A stretch of DNA of 64,000 bases from Klebsormidium nitens. Taxonomy: Eukaryota; Plantae; Klebsormidiophyceae. The position numbers were made by a program, and so were the translations under genes. The notes beneath the pieces are model-generated. The model ran no database searches, was not told the origin of the DNA, and saw nothing but the letters and a program-made list of their open reading frames with translations. The stretch lies in the NCBI GenBank assembly GCA_000708835.1, contig DF236953.1, positions 450,147-514,146 of the forward strand, given 5' to 3'. The stretch's first letter is position 1. Every line of letters starts with the position of its first letter. Positions 12,292-21,799 of the stretch are shown in pieces.

Positions 12292-15200
12292 TCACTCCGT
12301 CATTCCGACCGGACCCACTAACGCCTGCGCCGTTTGACACTTGGGGCAGAACCAGTCGCCCTCAGGAACCGCCGCCAGCGGAGGGACCAGGCACCTCGTG
12401 TGCCACCCGGCCCCACACCCATCACACAGCAACATGGAGGCTTCGTCATCAGCCCTGCGACAGCGCGTGCACGCAAAGTCGGCTGCGGGGCGCGCCAGGC
12501 GCGCATCCTGTCGATCGTCGATGTCGATCCGATGACACGGGGCACATCTCTCCATGTGCACCCGCACCGTCCGCGCGTCCGCCCCCTCCAGTTCCAACAC
12601 ACCCCCCGTCCTCACGTGCTTGACCCGCAGGATCCGTGGTCCCGCCCGGCTGTCCAGGGTGTTGAGCATCTCTCTCTGCAAATACACGTAATCGCCCACC
12701 GCATACCTGATGATTTGCGGCTTCCAGGCACCACTGCGGGTCTTGGCGTACCGCAGCGTGTCCCGGTGTTGGGCAATTTGCAGGTTGCCCATGGCCATTG
12801 GGACCAACCGCCGGAACAGTGCAGCCCGTTCTGCCACCAACGCGCGCAGCCTGTCCGGACGGTCAATGTCCAGGGGTTCCTCCAGCGCCGCGCGCACCGT
12901 CCCTGGCAAAACCGGCTCCCGTCCGAAGAGCAGCACGTACGGGGAGAACCCACCCAGTGACGCCTGCGCGCTGAACCGGTATCCCATGGTGACCCAAGGC
13001 AGGTAGACGTCCCATTGCTCCGCGGCGTGCCCAAGGCACCACTTCCGCAGCGCACCTTTGACCACCCCGACTATCCGCTCGCTGAGGCCATTTGCCTGAG
13101 GGTGGTGGGACGAGGTCGACCGGTGGTCGATGTGAGACCGGTCGAGTAGCTCCTGGAAAGCGCCCCCAAACTCCCCTCCTCTGTCCGTCACTATCTCCGC
13201 ACAAGCTCCGAACACCGTAAGGACTTCCCGGGTGAATGCCTCGGCCACCGTCTGCGCTTCTTTGTCAGCCGTGGGCACGAACACCACGTGCTTGCTGAAA
13301 TGCTCAACCATGACGAGCACAAACTGGTTTCCCCGGCTTGACTTGGGCAGCGGCCCCGCAGAATCTAGCCCCCACCGGTAGAACAGTCCCTTAATCGGGA
13401 GGGGCTGCAACACAGGATGCACTGCGTTGAAGGCTGCCCTCACCCGATCGCACGCCTCACACTGACGCACCACCCGCTGAACGTCCGCCGCCAGACCCAC
13501 CCACCAGTAGTGAGGGCTTAGCAGGGACACCGTCTTCTTGACCCCGAAGTGTCCGCATTTCTCATGCACATCCCGAACTAGGGCCTCTCTCTCTGCCGGC
13601 CTTGGGACCACGCGCACCCCACCGGCTGCCTCACGGTGCACCAGGTGGTCCCGTTTCCACTCAAAGCTGCGCGCTCGGTGCTGTGCCCGATCTCGCTCCC
13701 CCGAGGAGCTCCTCTCTGGCGCGCGCCCCGTCTGCAACAGGGCCAGGACTGCGCCGTCCGCCCACACGTCCACCGCCGGCCGCACAACCACCCGTCCGGT
13801 TTTGCTTTCCCCAGGCGAGGCTGCCGGGGCCCAAGCTAGCGCTGCTGCAGCTGACCAGCAGGGCGCCAGTGTCTCCCCCAAGTCCCCCTCCTGCCGGACG
13901 CCCGCCGTGTCTTCGTCTGATTTCTGTGGGTACCGACTCAAGCAGTCCATTTCGTTCTCGTCCCCGGGGGTGTAATCGACCACCATGTCAAACTCGCTCA
14001 GCATCATCGCCCACCGCGCAAGCTTACCGGTCAGCTTGTTGTTGGTCAGGATCCACTTGAGCGGCCGGTGGTCACTCTCCAAAGTGAACCGCTCCCCGTA
14101 CAAGTAGTTCCTCCACAGCCGCACGAAGTAGACCGCCGCGAGTAACTCCCCCTCGAAACTGCTGTACCGCGACTCCGCCGGGTTGCAGCTGCGGCTCCCG
14201 TAAGCAATCACCCGGTCCACCCCCTGCTCGTCGGCCTGCAACAGGACTCCGCCCACCCCCTTCTTGCTCCAGTCGCAGCGCACCTTGAAGCTCCGTCCTC
14301 TCACCGGCAGCGCCAACACAGGCTCGTTCTGCAGCGCCTTTTTGAGCGCCAGGAACGCCCCCTCCTGCTCTTCACCCCAGCGCCACTGCACTTCCTTCTT
14401 TGTCAACTCGTTGAGCGGCCCCTGCACCCGGCTGCACTCCGGAATGAACCTCCGGTAGTAGTTGACCACCCCGTTGAACGCCTTGACCGACGTAACGTCT
14501 GTGGGCCGTGGCAGGGCCTCAATAGCCGCCACTTTGGCGACCACTGGCGACACCTTGCCCGGGCGCAGCCACATGCCGAGGTACTCAACCGAGTCGGCCC
14601 CGAAACAGCACTTGTCGGGGTGGCACTTGAGCCCTGCCTCCTTCAGCCGGTCCAACACCCGCTGCACCAGCGCCATGTGCTCCTCCAGCGTCTCCCCTCC
14701 AGCCACCAAAACGTCGTCGATGAAGCTCCGCGCGAACCCCTCCAATCCCCTCAGCGTTCTGTCGATTGCCCGCTGAAACCACGCGCTGGCGTTGCGCGCC
14801 CCGAACGGACACCGCTTCCAGCAGTACAGCTTGGTGGACCCCCAGAACGCCAGCTTGCGCCTGTCCTCTTTTCTCACCACCAGCTGGTGAAACGCCCCCC
14901 TGATATCAATCGTGGAGTAGTACTTTGCGTGCCCCAGCGCCTCCAGGACCTCCTCCGGCAGTGGCATTGGGTAGCGATCCTGCGCTGTCTCCGCATTGAC
15001 CCTGCGCAGGTCCGTGCAAAAGCGGTCTAGCTTCCAATTCCCCTCCGGGTCCTTCTTCGCCGCTAGCACTGAGTTTGCCGCGAAGTCACTGTCCGTTTCC
15101 TCAATGATCCCCGCCTCCTCCAACTCTCTGCAGCGCTCATCTATCAACTCCCACTCCTTCACGCTGTGCTTTCTGCGCCGTTCGAAAATGGGCCGCTCCG

Positions 15201-16980
15201 TCTTTAACGTCAACTCCACCTCAAACAACTTAAACTCTCCGATCTCCCCCAAGCTATTGGCAAACACATCACGATTTGCCTCCGCCACTGACGCCGCAAA
15301 CCCCTGCTCCTCGGGCGTCAGCTGACTCCCGACCAACCACCGCCGGCACTTCCCGGCTACGGGCCCCCCCGGTTCTTCCACTTTTCCTGACCGGCCCTGC
15401 CCTGCCGGCTGTCCGACCCCATCCTGCCCCGGCCGGATCTGTCCTGCCGCACCGGCCGCCTTTGCGCCGTCTCCTGCCCTGGGCGCGCGCGCTGGCGCGC
15501 ACCCCGGTGCCTCGGCTGCCCCCACACCGTCTCCTGCCCTGGGCACACCGTCTTCTGCCCTGGGCGCGCGCGCTGGCGCGCGCCCGACTGCTCCGGCTGC
15601 CCTGGGCGCGCGCGCTGGCGCGCACCCCGCTGCCCCGGCTGCCTTCTGCGCCTCCCCTCCCTGGCTGCCGTTGTCCGTAGGGCCATCCGACTTCCCTCCC
15701 AACGGCAAAGCTGCCGCCGCTGGTGACGCACCCGCCGCCGCTGCGCAGGCAGCCAGGAGCCACATGACCGTGTTAAGGTCCATGGCTTGGCCCAGCAGCT
15801 CGCGTCGGGTGGATTCGGACAGACCAGGCGCCGCCGAGAATCCGCGGGGAAACCCCATGGCTAGTTCGCGTTCGTCGGCTGTGGGCTCCCCGTAGGTTAG
15901 CTCGCTTCCTTGTGTGACCTGAATCACTCCGCCCCTTGTGTGCGAAAACGCATGTGAACCGTTGTAGCTCACGAAAGTGGGCAGCGCGCGCCTTGGCTCC
16001 CCCGGCACTTCCACTTTGGCCCACGGGGCTTGTCCGGAGCCCCTAGGAATCTGCGCGCGCCGCCCGGGCCCAAGGATGTGGTGCACGAACAGCCCAGGTG
16101 GGCGGACCTGAGCGGCGATCGCCGCACGCAGAAGAGCAGGTGCACTGAGGTTGGTCCACCACGCCCGTAGGCGGTGCGCCCGCGATCCCAACTGGGCGGC
16201 GTCCAACACCACTTCGGGCCCCAACAGACTGCGTACCTCAGCAAAATGATCCCTCACCCGAGGACGTCGGTCGTGTCCAGCCGCCACGTGCTCGACGACG
16301 TAGGCCAACGGGTGCCCCCACTTTCGGTGTGACCTCTGCAGGTGATGCAGCACCCGTACCAGGTCTTCAACCAGCCCCGACCTCTCGTCTTCCAGACCCC
16401 GCCCGAGCCCCGCTGCGCTGTTTCCTTGACACGGCCACCCTGCCACGACCACGTCGAGCGGGCCGAGTGCCAGCAGGTGGTCCTCGCTGACCAGCTGTAT
16501 GTCCTGGGGCAGGCGGTGATGCAGCTGCGAACACGCCCGCTCCTCCATCCTGCCCGGAAACTCCAGGCTGAGCTGCGCGCACGACCACCGGTGCAACTCT
16601 CGCGCCGCCCCCCGCTTCTCGCAGGCCATTACCTCACCAATGTTGTATCCGAGCCGCACCAACGCCTGGGTCGCTGTTCCCACGCCTGCAAACAGCTCCA
16701 GCACCCGCAAGGGCCGGTCTCGTGGCAACGGCTGGACAACCGACCAGTCCAACGGCTGCAGCCCCTTGAGCCGGCTTAACTGGACCTTGCGTGGCGGCTC
16801 AACAGCTGGCCGGCCCGCCGCCAACGCGGCTCGAACCGCTCGCTCCGCCCCTGTCTTAACGTTTAGCGGGGGACCCCGCGGCCACCTACTCACTGTGCCC
16901 TGCCGCGCCCCTTGTCCACTTCCCCTTTGTTCCCTGTTACTCCCGCCAGACCGACCCTCCCAGCCGGCCTCTTGTTGCAC
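12292..16980 (-). CDS. pol: Pol polyprotein: C5 cytosine methyltransferase (DNMT3-like) - reverse transcriptase - RNase H - DDE integrase - PHD finger
   Basis: DNMT motifs at about 16715-15754: VLELFAGVG, AGWPCQG, VVEHV, AHRLRAWWTNL, ERELAMGFP, LLGQAM. RT: DRYPMP and FIDD. RNase H: CDWSKKGVGGVLLQ and EGELLA. Integrase: H-x3-GHFG...C-x2-C, LDSAGPLP, TDRGGEF and NGLSER. PHD C4HC3 at 12471-12337. The listed start is GTG, so the ORF is probably reached by readthrough from gag. Confidence 0.95.
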   Translation of the reverse strand: MQQEAGWEGRSGGSNREQRGSGQGARQGTVSRWPRGPPLNVKTGAERAVRAALAAGRPAVEPPRKVQLSRLKGLQPLDWSVVQPLPRDRPLRVLELFAGVGTATQALVRLGYNIGEVMACEKRGAARELHRWSCAQLSLEFPGRMEERACSQLHHRLPQDIQLVSEDHLLALGPLDVVVAGWPCQGNSAAGLGRGLEDERSGLVEDLVRVLHHLQRSHRKWGHPLAYVVEHVAAGHDRRPRVRDHFAEVRSLLGPEVVLDAAQLGSRAHRLRAWWTNLSAPALLRAAIAAQVRPPGLFVHHILGPGRRAQIPRGSGQAPWAKVEVPGEPRRALPTFVSYNGSHAFSHTRGGVIQVTQGSELTYGEPTADERELAMGFPRGFSAAPGLSESTRRELLGQAMDLNTVMWLLAACAAAAGASPAAAALPLGGKSDGPTDNGSQGGEAQKAAGAAGCAPARAPRAAGAVGRAPARAPRAEDGVPRAGDGVGAAEAPGCAPARAPRAGDGAKAAGAAGQIRPGQDGVGQPAGQGRSGKVEEPGGPVAGKCRRWLVGSQLTPEEQGFAASVAEANRDVFANSLGEIGEFKLFEVELTLKTERPIFERRRKHSVKEWELIDERCRELEEAGIIEETDSDFAANSVLAAKKDPEGNWKLDRFCTDLRRVNAETAQDRYPMPLPEEVLEALGHAKYYSTIDIRGAFHQLVVRKEDRRKLAFWGSTKLYCWKRCPFGARNASAWFQRAIDRTLRGLEGFARSFIDDVLVAGGETLEEHMALVQRVLDRLKEAGLKCHPDKCCFGADSVEYLGMWLRPGKVSPVVAKVAAIEALPRPTDVTSVKAFNGVVNYYRRFIPECSRVQGPLNELTKKEVQWRWGEEQEGAFLALKKALQNEPVLALPVRGRSFKVRCDWSKKGVGGVLLQADEQGVDRVIAYGSRSCNPAESRYSSFEGELLAAVYFVRLWRNYLYGERFTLESDHRPLKWILTNNKLTGKLARWAMMLSEFDMVVDYTPGDENEMDCLSRYPQKSDEDTAGVRQEGDLGETLAPCWSAAAALAWAPAASPGESKTGRVVVRPAVDVWADGAVLALLQTGRAPERSSSGERDRAQHRARSFEWKRDHLVHREAAGGVRVVPRPAEREALVRDVHEKCGHFGVKKTVSLLSPHYWWVGLAADVQRVVRQCEACDRVRAAFNAVHPVLQPLPIKGLFYRWGLDSAGPLPKSSRGNQFVLVMVEHFSKHVVFVPTADKEAQTVAEAFTREVLTVFGACAEIVTDRGGEFGGAFQELLDRSHIDHRSTSSHHPQANGLSERIVGVVKGALRKWCLGHAAEQWDVYLPWVTMGYRFSAQASLGGFSPYVLLFGREPVLPGTVRAALEEPLDIDRPDRLRALVAERAALFRRLVPMAMGNLQIAQHRDTLRYAKTRSGAWKPQIIRYAVGDYVYLQREMLNTLDSRAGPRILRVKHVRTGGVLELEGADARTVRVHMERCAPCHRIDIDDRQDARLARPAADFACTRCRRADDEASMLLCDGCGAGWHTRCLVPPLAAVPEGDWFCPKCQTAQALVGPVGMTE
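15465..15630 (-). repeat. Short tandem repeats in the DNMT-RT linker (APARAPRA x3)
   Basis: CTGCCCTGGGCGCGCGCGCTGGCGCGC occurs at about 15474, 15556 and 15598, with partial units between. Confidence 0.85.
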
Positions 16981-17022
16981 CGGGCGTGGGCCAACCGCCG
17001 TCTCCCCGCCCGGCGCCTGGCG

Positions 17023-20000
17023 TCAATGTAAGCCACTACAGGCCAGCGCGACACCCGCGGTACTGACGGGTGAACGGCTGGCCGTCGCGCGCGCAGGACG
17101 CGTGCCTGCCGCCTGCCGCAGGCGCATGGGTATGCTCGCTACGTGCTCCCCTTGCGCCCGCCAGTCGACCCGGTACGTGCCCCGCTCGGCCCACCGGTCG
17201 ATGCTGAGGCCTATCGGGTAAGCTGCCCGCGTACCAATGAGCAGATCGTAGCCGGTCGACTCGGTGACGGCCAAGCGCTCGTACAGCGTTAGCTCCGCGG
17301 GAGTGCCGGCGTTCAGGACGATGGGCACCGGGTCTCGGGTGAGCCCCTTCCCCAAGGGCTCGATCTGCCCGAGGGCCGTTTGCACCCGGCAAGATGCCGC
17401 GGTGCTGTCCAACGGCAGCCCGAGCTGGTCCGCCAAGCGCGCTCCTGCCATCGAATAGAAACTGCCCCCGTCGATCAACACACGCAGCGGCGCCTTCAGT
17501 CCGGCCACCGTCATTACTTTGACCGCCCCATCTCGGTTGTCTACCCAGTCCGGGGTGCCGACCCATTGGTTGCGCTCAGCGGGGGGAACCTTTGGCAGCG
17601 CCTCAGCGAAGGCCGCCAGCGCGTGGGTCTCCTCCCAGGCCTTTTCCGTCCCCCCATGCCCCGCCGCGCTCGAAGTCGTCTCACCGTCCGTGTTCAACTT
17701 CCCCTTTCCCTTACGGGACACCGTCTCCCATCCGCGCTCCTTCCTCGTCTTCGGAGCCGGCCCGTTCTGCGCGCGCAGCGCTGCCGCTGAGTCAACGCCA
17801 GCCACCCGCGCCTCCTCGGCCAGCAATTCGAGCGCCACCTGCTCATCCGAATTTTCCGGTCCCGACGGGCTTTGCTGCCGGCGCGCGCGATCTGCTCTTG
17901 CCTGGGCCATCCACGAACTTTCAGGGTCTGTGCCCGAGTCGTCCGCCGAGCTTTGCCTTGCGTTGCCCTTCCCTGTTTTCACCACCTCAGCCGTTGGTGT
18001 CTGCTCGGTCGAGCTAACACCTTCCCCTGGGTTTGCACCCGTTTCGACTGTCCCTTCAACCACGACCGCCCCGCGCTGGGTCACTCGCCCTGCGCTTCCT
18101 ACCCCAATCTGTCCGGCTTGGCTCAACTGTTCTGTTCCGGGCCGGTCCGTGCCGGCTGTGGCCACCGCCCTGCGCATCACCTCCCTCGGGTCGAGCTGCG
18201 GCCGCGGCGCGCTGGCGCCACCTCCCGTCATCTCCACAACCTGCTGCAACGTCATCCCTGCGCGCTCTGCCAACCCAAGAAACGCCGCCACGTCCATGGT
18301 GACCTGCCCCACCAGGACCGTCTCCCCGACAGCCCTCAGCTGTTCCCCCGGGGAATCCGTCATCTCGGCCGGGGCCACTTCATCGACTGGCCCGTTGAAG
18401 GACGTTGCTGCACCCCTGCGCGCTCCACCTGGTGACACCACCTCCTCCGCACTCTGACGCTTCCCCTCCGGTCTGACGCCAAACCCTTGTGGCAGGCGGT
18501 GCAAGCCTTGTGCAGCCACCTCTCGGCCTTGGTCCGGGAGCTTCGCCATCCGCTCTTTAAGCGCCGCTTTGTCCCTGCGGGCCCGCAACTGCCTCAGTGC
18601 TTCAGCCGGAGCCTTCCTCTCCAGCGCTGCGGTGCCCACGGGCTGCCCCGTGGCTGGCCCGACCACCTGTCTCGGGCGCGTGCCCGCGCGCGCCTGTTTT
18701 CTGGGCCTGGACTGTGGCCCGGACAGCCGGGTCACTTTCTCCACAGCCCCCGCGCCTGCCGCCGCGCGCGTCGCCACTGCTCCGAGCTCCAGCGGAGTGG
18801 GACACCACGCCCCACCTCCCTCTACCACCAGGGCGGCAGCCCCCAACCCGTATTCCTCCTCGTCCCAACTGGCCGCGTCATCGTCCTCCAGACTCAGCGC
18901 CGCCGCCGCTTGAGCCGCCGCCTTCCACGCCCTGAACTCCTCCACTTCCGCCACGCTGAGCCCAACCGCTGCCAACTCCGCCCCTCTGACGCTTCCTGCC
19001 GGAACCGCGACTGCCGCCGGCGCCACATGTCGCTTTGGACACTGAAACGAGAGATGCGCCGGGTCACCGCACACGAAGCAGATCCGTTGCCGCCCTACGC
19101 CCCGGCCCGGACCCGACCTCACGGCTCCCCCGGCCGAGGACCCCCGACCTGCACCCCCGCCTCCCCTCTGCGGGCACTGGTTCCTGTAGTGTCCGATCTC
19201 ACCGCAAGTGTGGCACGCACCTGACCCGGCCGACCCAGCAGCCACCGCTGTTGCCACCGCCGCGTGTGGCGCCTCAGGGACAGCTGCGTGCGCGGCCGGA
19301 GCGCGCCCGCCCCACCTCGGCCGGGCCGCCTCCACTGTCCTGGGCGTCATCTCCCTGGCGATCCTAAGCCTGGACGCCATCTCGTTCACTCGGACGGCCG
19401 CATCGTACGCGTTGTCCAGCGTGTAGCCACCGTCCCCGCTCGTGGCCGCCGCCAGCGCCTGCGTGTTGACCGCGTCCCCAAGCCTCTTGTCCAGGGCCGC
19501 CACGAACTTGGTGACGAGCTCAGGGTCGGTCAGTGGCTTCTTAAGGTCAGTCGCCAACCCCTGCAACCTGAACAGCAGCTCCGGCAACTCTTCCCCTGCC
19601 TCTCGCCGAAAGTTGACCCACTCCTGCGCCTTCCCTTCGTTTCTCTCACCAAAGTGGCGCTTGAGGCTCGTCAGCAGGTGCTTCACCGGCTCGTCCTTGG
19701 TGTTGCACTCCTTGTAGGTGCGCAAGTGCGCCTCTTTTGCCGGGTTGTCCATATGCTCCCCCAGGTGTATGCAGAACCGCTTTTTAAACTCAGCCCCCTC
19801 AACCGGCCTGCCCAAGTCCTTTTGCAGCTTCGTGAACCGGTCAAGGATGCTGCCCTCGACCTGGAGTTCGAACTGCTCTAGCGTGAGCCCCTCGTTCTTC
19901 CTCCCCGAGAAACGTTGCTTCCCCTCACCAACCGCCGCCATCTCTGCCCAATCTTCTTCCTCCCACCAGAACACTGCCTGACCCGCCGCCGCTGGCCTGT

Positions 20001-20139
20001 TCACAACAACCCCACTGCTCGCGCCTGACGCGGTGTCCTCGCTCCCCTCACCCGCCGCAACCCGGCTGTACTCAGTTGCAGCTGACACCTCAAAGATGGA
20101 GCCGTGGATTGTGTGCTGCGCACGCGTCCCCACTGGCAT
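17023..20139 (-). CDS. gag: Gag-protease polyprotein
   Basis: Capsid-like N-terminal region. Two CCHC knuckles, CHTCGEIGHYRNQC (19215-19174) and CFVCGDPAHLSFQC (19080-19039). Aspartic protease RVLIDGGS (about 17480) with a downstream DLLIG motif. Confidence 0.9.
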   Translation of the reverse strand: MPVGTRAQHTIHGSIFEVSAATEYSRVAAGEGSEDTASGASSGVVVNRPAAAGQAVFWWEEEDWAEMAAVGEGKQRFSGRKNEGLTLEQFELQVEGSILDRFTKLQKDLGRPVEGAEFKKRFCIHLGEHMDNPAKEAHLRTYKECNTKDEPVKHLLTSLKRHFGERNEGKAQEWVNFRREAGEELPELLFRLQGLATDLKKPLTDPELVTKFVAALDKRLGDAVNTQALAAATSGDGGYTLDNAYDAAVRVNEMASRLRIAREMTPRTVEAARPRWGGRAPAAHAAVPEAPHAAVATAVAAGSAGSGACHTCGEIGHYRNQCPQRGGGGAGRGSSAGGAVRSGPGRGVGRQRICFVCGDPAHLSFQCPKRHVAPAAVAVPAGSVRGAELAAVGLSVAEVEEFRAWKAAAQAAAALSLEDDDAASWDEEEYGLGAAALVVEGGGAWCPTPLELGAVATRAAAGAGAVEKVTRLSGPQSRPRKQARAGTRPRQVVGPATGQPVGTAALERKAPAEALRQLRARRDKAALKERMAKLPDQGREVAAQGLHRLPQGFGVRPEGKRQSAEEVVSPGGARRGAATSFNGPVDEVAPAEMTDSPGEQLRAVGETVLVGQVTMDVAAFLGLAERAGMTLQQVVEMTGGGASAPRPQLDPREVMRRAVATAGTDRPGTEQLSQAGQIGVGSAGRVTQRGAVVVEGTVETGANPGEGVSSTEQTPTAEVVKTGKGNARQSSADDSGTDPESSWMAQARADRARRQQSPSGPENSDEQVALELLAEEARVAGVDSAAALRAQNGPAPKTRKERGWETVSRKGKGKLNTDGETTSSAAGHGGTEKAWEETHALAAFAEALPKVPPAERNQWVGTPDWVDNRDGAVKVMTVAGLKAPLRVLIDGGSFYSMAGARLADQLGLPLDSTAASCRVQTALGQIEPLGKGLTRDPVPIVLNAGTPAELTLYERLAVTESTGYDLLIGTRAAYPIGLSIDRWAERGTYRVDWRAQGEHVASIPMRLRQAAGTRPARATASRSPVSTAGVALACSGLH

Positions 20140-20148
20140 TTGCAGCCT

Positions 20149-21234
20149 CTAATCCAGTTCACTCATGCCTCCTGCTGCCGGCTCTGCACCCACTCGCTCA
20201 CCCGTCTGCTCCCCCGAGCGGGCCCGCCTCTCCTGCTTCTTGCGCCGGCGCTTCTCTCGCTTGGATGCTGCCCGCTGCTCCTCCGCTTCCCCTCTCACTG
20301 GCCCTGCTTCCTCCTGGCTGCCCCGCTCCGCACACCGCTGGGGCACTATCTCCACCTCCGCCACCCGCTTTGTCAGCTCCCGCCACCAAGCTGCCTTCGC
20401 CTCCTGCTCCTCCCTTTCCTTCTCTCGCCTCGCGTGCTCCACCCGCGCCGCCACCAGCGCCTCCGCCTCTCTCCAAACTGCCACCCTTGCCTGCAGCGGC
20501 TGGAAGCGCTCACAAATGGCGCAGCTAACAGGGCACCCCAACTTGACCGCGGGGAGATGTTGTGATGGGTCCGGAACCTGACCGATGCAGGCGGCTCCAG
20601 GCGCGTTACTCGCCACAAACGCCGCGTACACCTTCCCGCGCGGATACTCCTTGTGCTGCTGCTCGAACGCGCGCCAATCCTGGATGAACTCCTGCGCCAA
20701 GCGAATTGACCTGGCTACCGCCGGATCAGCGTCCGCCTTGCGCTGCAACTCCCGCCTGAGCCGCTCCACCTCCTGCGCTTCACGCCTGCTGCCCTGCGGC
20801 GTGCTGGACTCTTGCGCAAACGCCGCGTCCTCCTGCCTGAGCTTGAGTCCCTCCCAGGCGGCTTTCCCGAGCTCCTCGGCCGCCTGCTGCTGGCGCGCCC
20901 ACTCGGTGGTCCTGGTTACTTCTGCCCCCGCCGCCTCCGCCGCCTTCTTATCACAGATGACACAGCGCGTCCCACACGCACTGCGCTGCACCGGCCAGTG
21001 GTCTTCCTCCCTTGCCTCAATTCCCAGCAGAGCCGCCCCTGACTGATTGTTAGCTACGTAGGCAGCCCAACCGCTACTTTCTTCTGAATGTACCCCCACG
21101 ATCTGCTCTGTCACAAGCAGCTGCCACCCCTGGATGAACTCATGCGCTTTCCAAAACTCACGCTCGCGCTCCTTTCCTCCTAACTCACACAGACGCCTCA
21201 AGAGCTCCTGGATGTCAGGCGCTCCTGGCGCCAT
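20149..21234 (-). CDS. Extra ORF1 of the retrotransposon, unknown function, with an internally duplicated Cys-containing domain and coiled coils
   Basis: 361-aa ORF inside the element, upstream of and in frame with gag. It has two repeats of EFIQxW...AAxVAxNxxGAAxxG...C-x3-C-x2-C. Confidence 0.7.
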   Translation of the reverse strand: MAPGAPDIQELLRRLCELGGKEREREFWKAHEFIQGWQLLVTEQIVGVHSEESSGWAAYVANNQSGAALLGIEAREEDHWPVQRSACGTRCVICDKKAAEAAGAEVTRTTEWARQQQAAEELGKAAWEGLKLRQEDAAFAQESSTPQGSRREAQEVERLRRELQRKADADPAVARSIRLAQEFIQDWRAFEQQHKEYPRGKVYAAFVASNAPGAACIGQVPDPSQHLPAVKLGCPVSCAICERFQPLQARVAVWREAEALVAARVEHARREKEREEQEAKAAWWRELTKRVAEVEIVPQRCAERGSQEEAGPVRGEAEEQRAASKREKRRRKKQERRARSGEQTGERVGAEPAAGGMSELD

Positions 21235-21799
21235 GCTCCATGCGCAACAGCTGGTGAACCGCTAAACTGATGGTGAACAGTCGCCTGCAGCGCATGGGAG
21301 ACATGGCTCAGCCAACGCATTCCAGCACGCCTCCCACCCGAAACCACGCCAGGACCTGGCCCGCTGCTTGGCACGCTACCCTTCGCCCCGCACACACACT
21401 CAACTCTACGCCCCCCACCGCCCGCAGCTGTGGGCAGACCCCTGCACCACTCACCTCAGCCCTGAACCTTTGACCACGAGCAGGCACTATGAGCGGATTC
21501 TCCTTCTACCAGGTCCACAAAACCCTGTCAATAACTACACCAGGTCTGCTCAGACCTCACCCTCGCTGACCCTAAGCAACTGAAGCTCTCAGTGCTTCGC
21601 AGCAGCCCTCAGTCAGGGCGTCAGACAATACAGTCAGCCCATGCCCCCAAGCAAGCACGCAGCCTTCACTCGGCTAACTCAGCCGCACATTCAACCCAAC
21701 TCACCACTGCACATAGGCAGCCTCGCCAGCTGTCCACCGCGGTCCACTCTGGTGCGCCCCCGCCTAGATCACTGGCGGGTCCACTCTTAACACGTTGTG

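Noticed and set aside
12318-21046. Numerous overlapping and antisense ORFs inside the retrotransposon (e.g. 17519-18457 +, 19264-19881 +)
   Set aside because: These are shadow ORFs expected in very GC-rich coding DNA and show no recognisable motifs.
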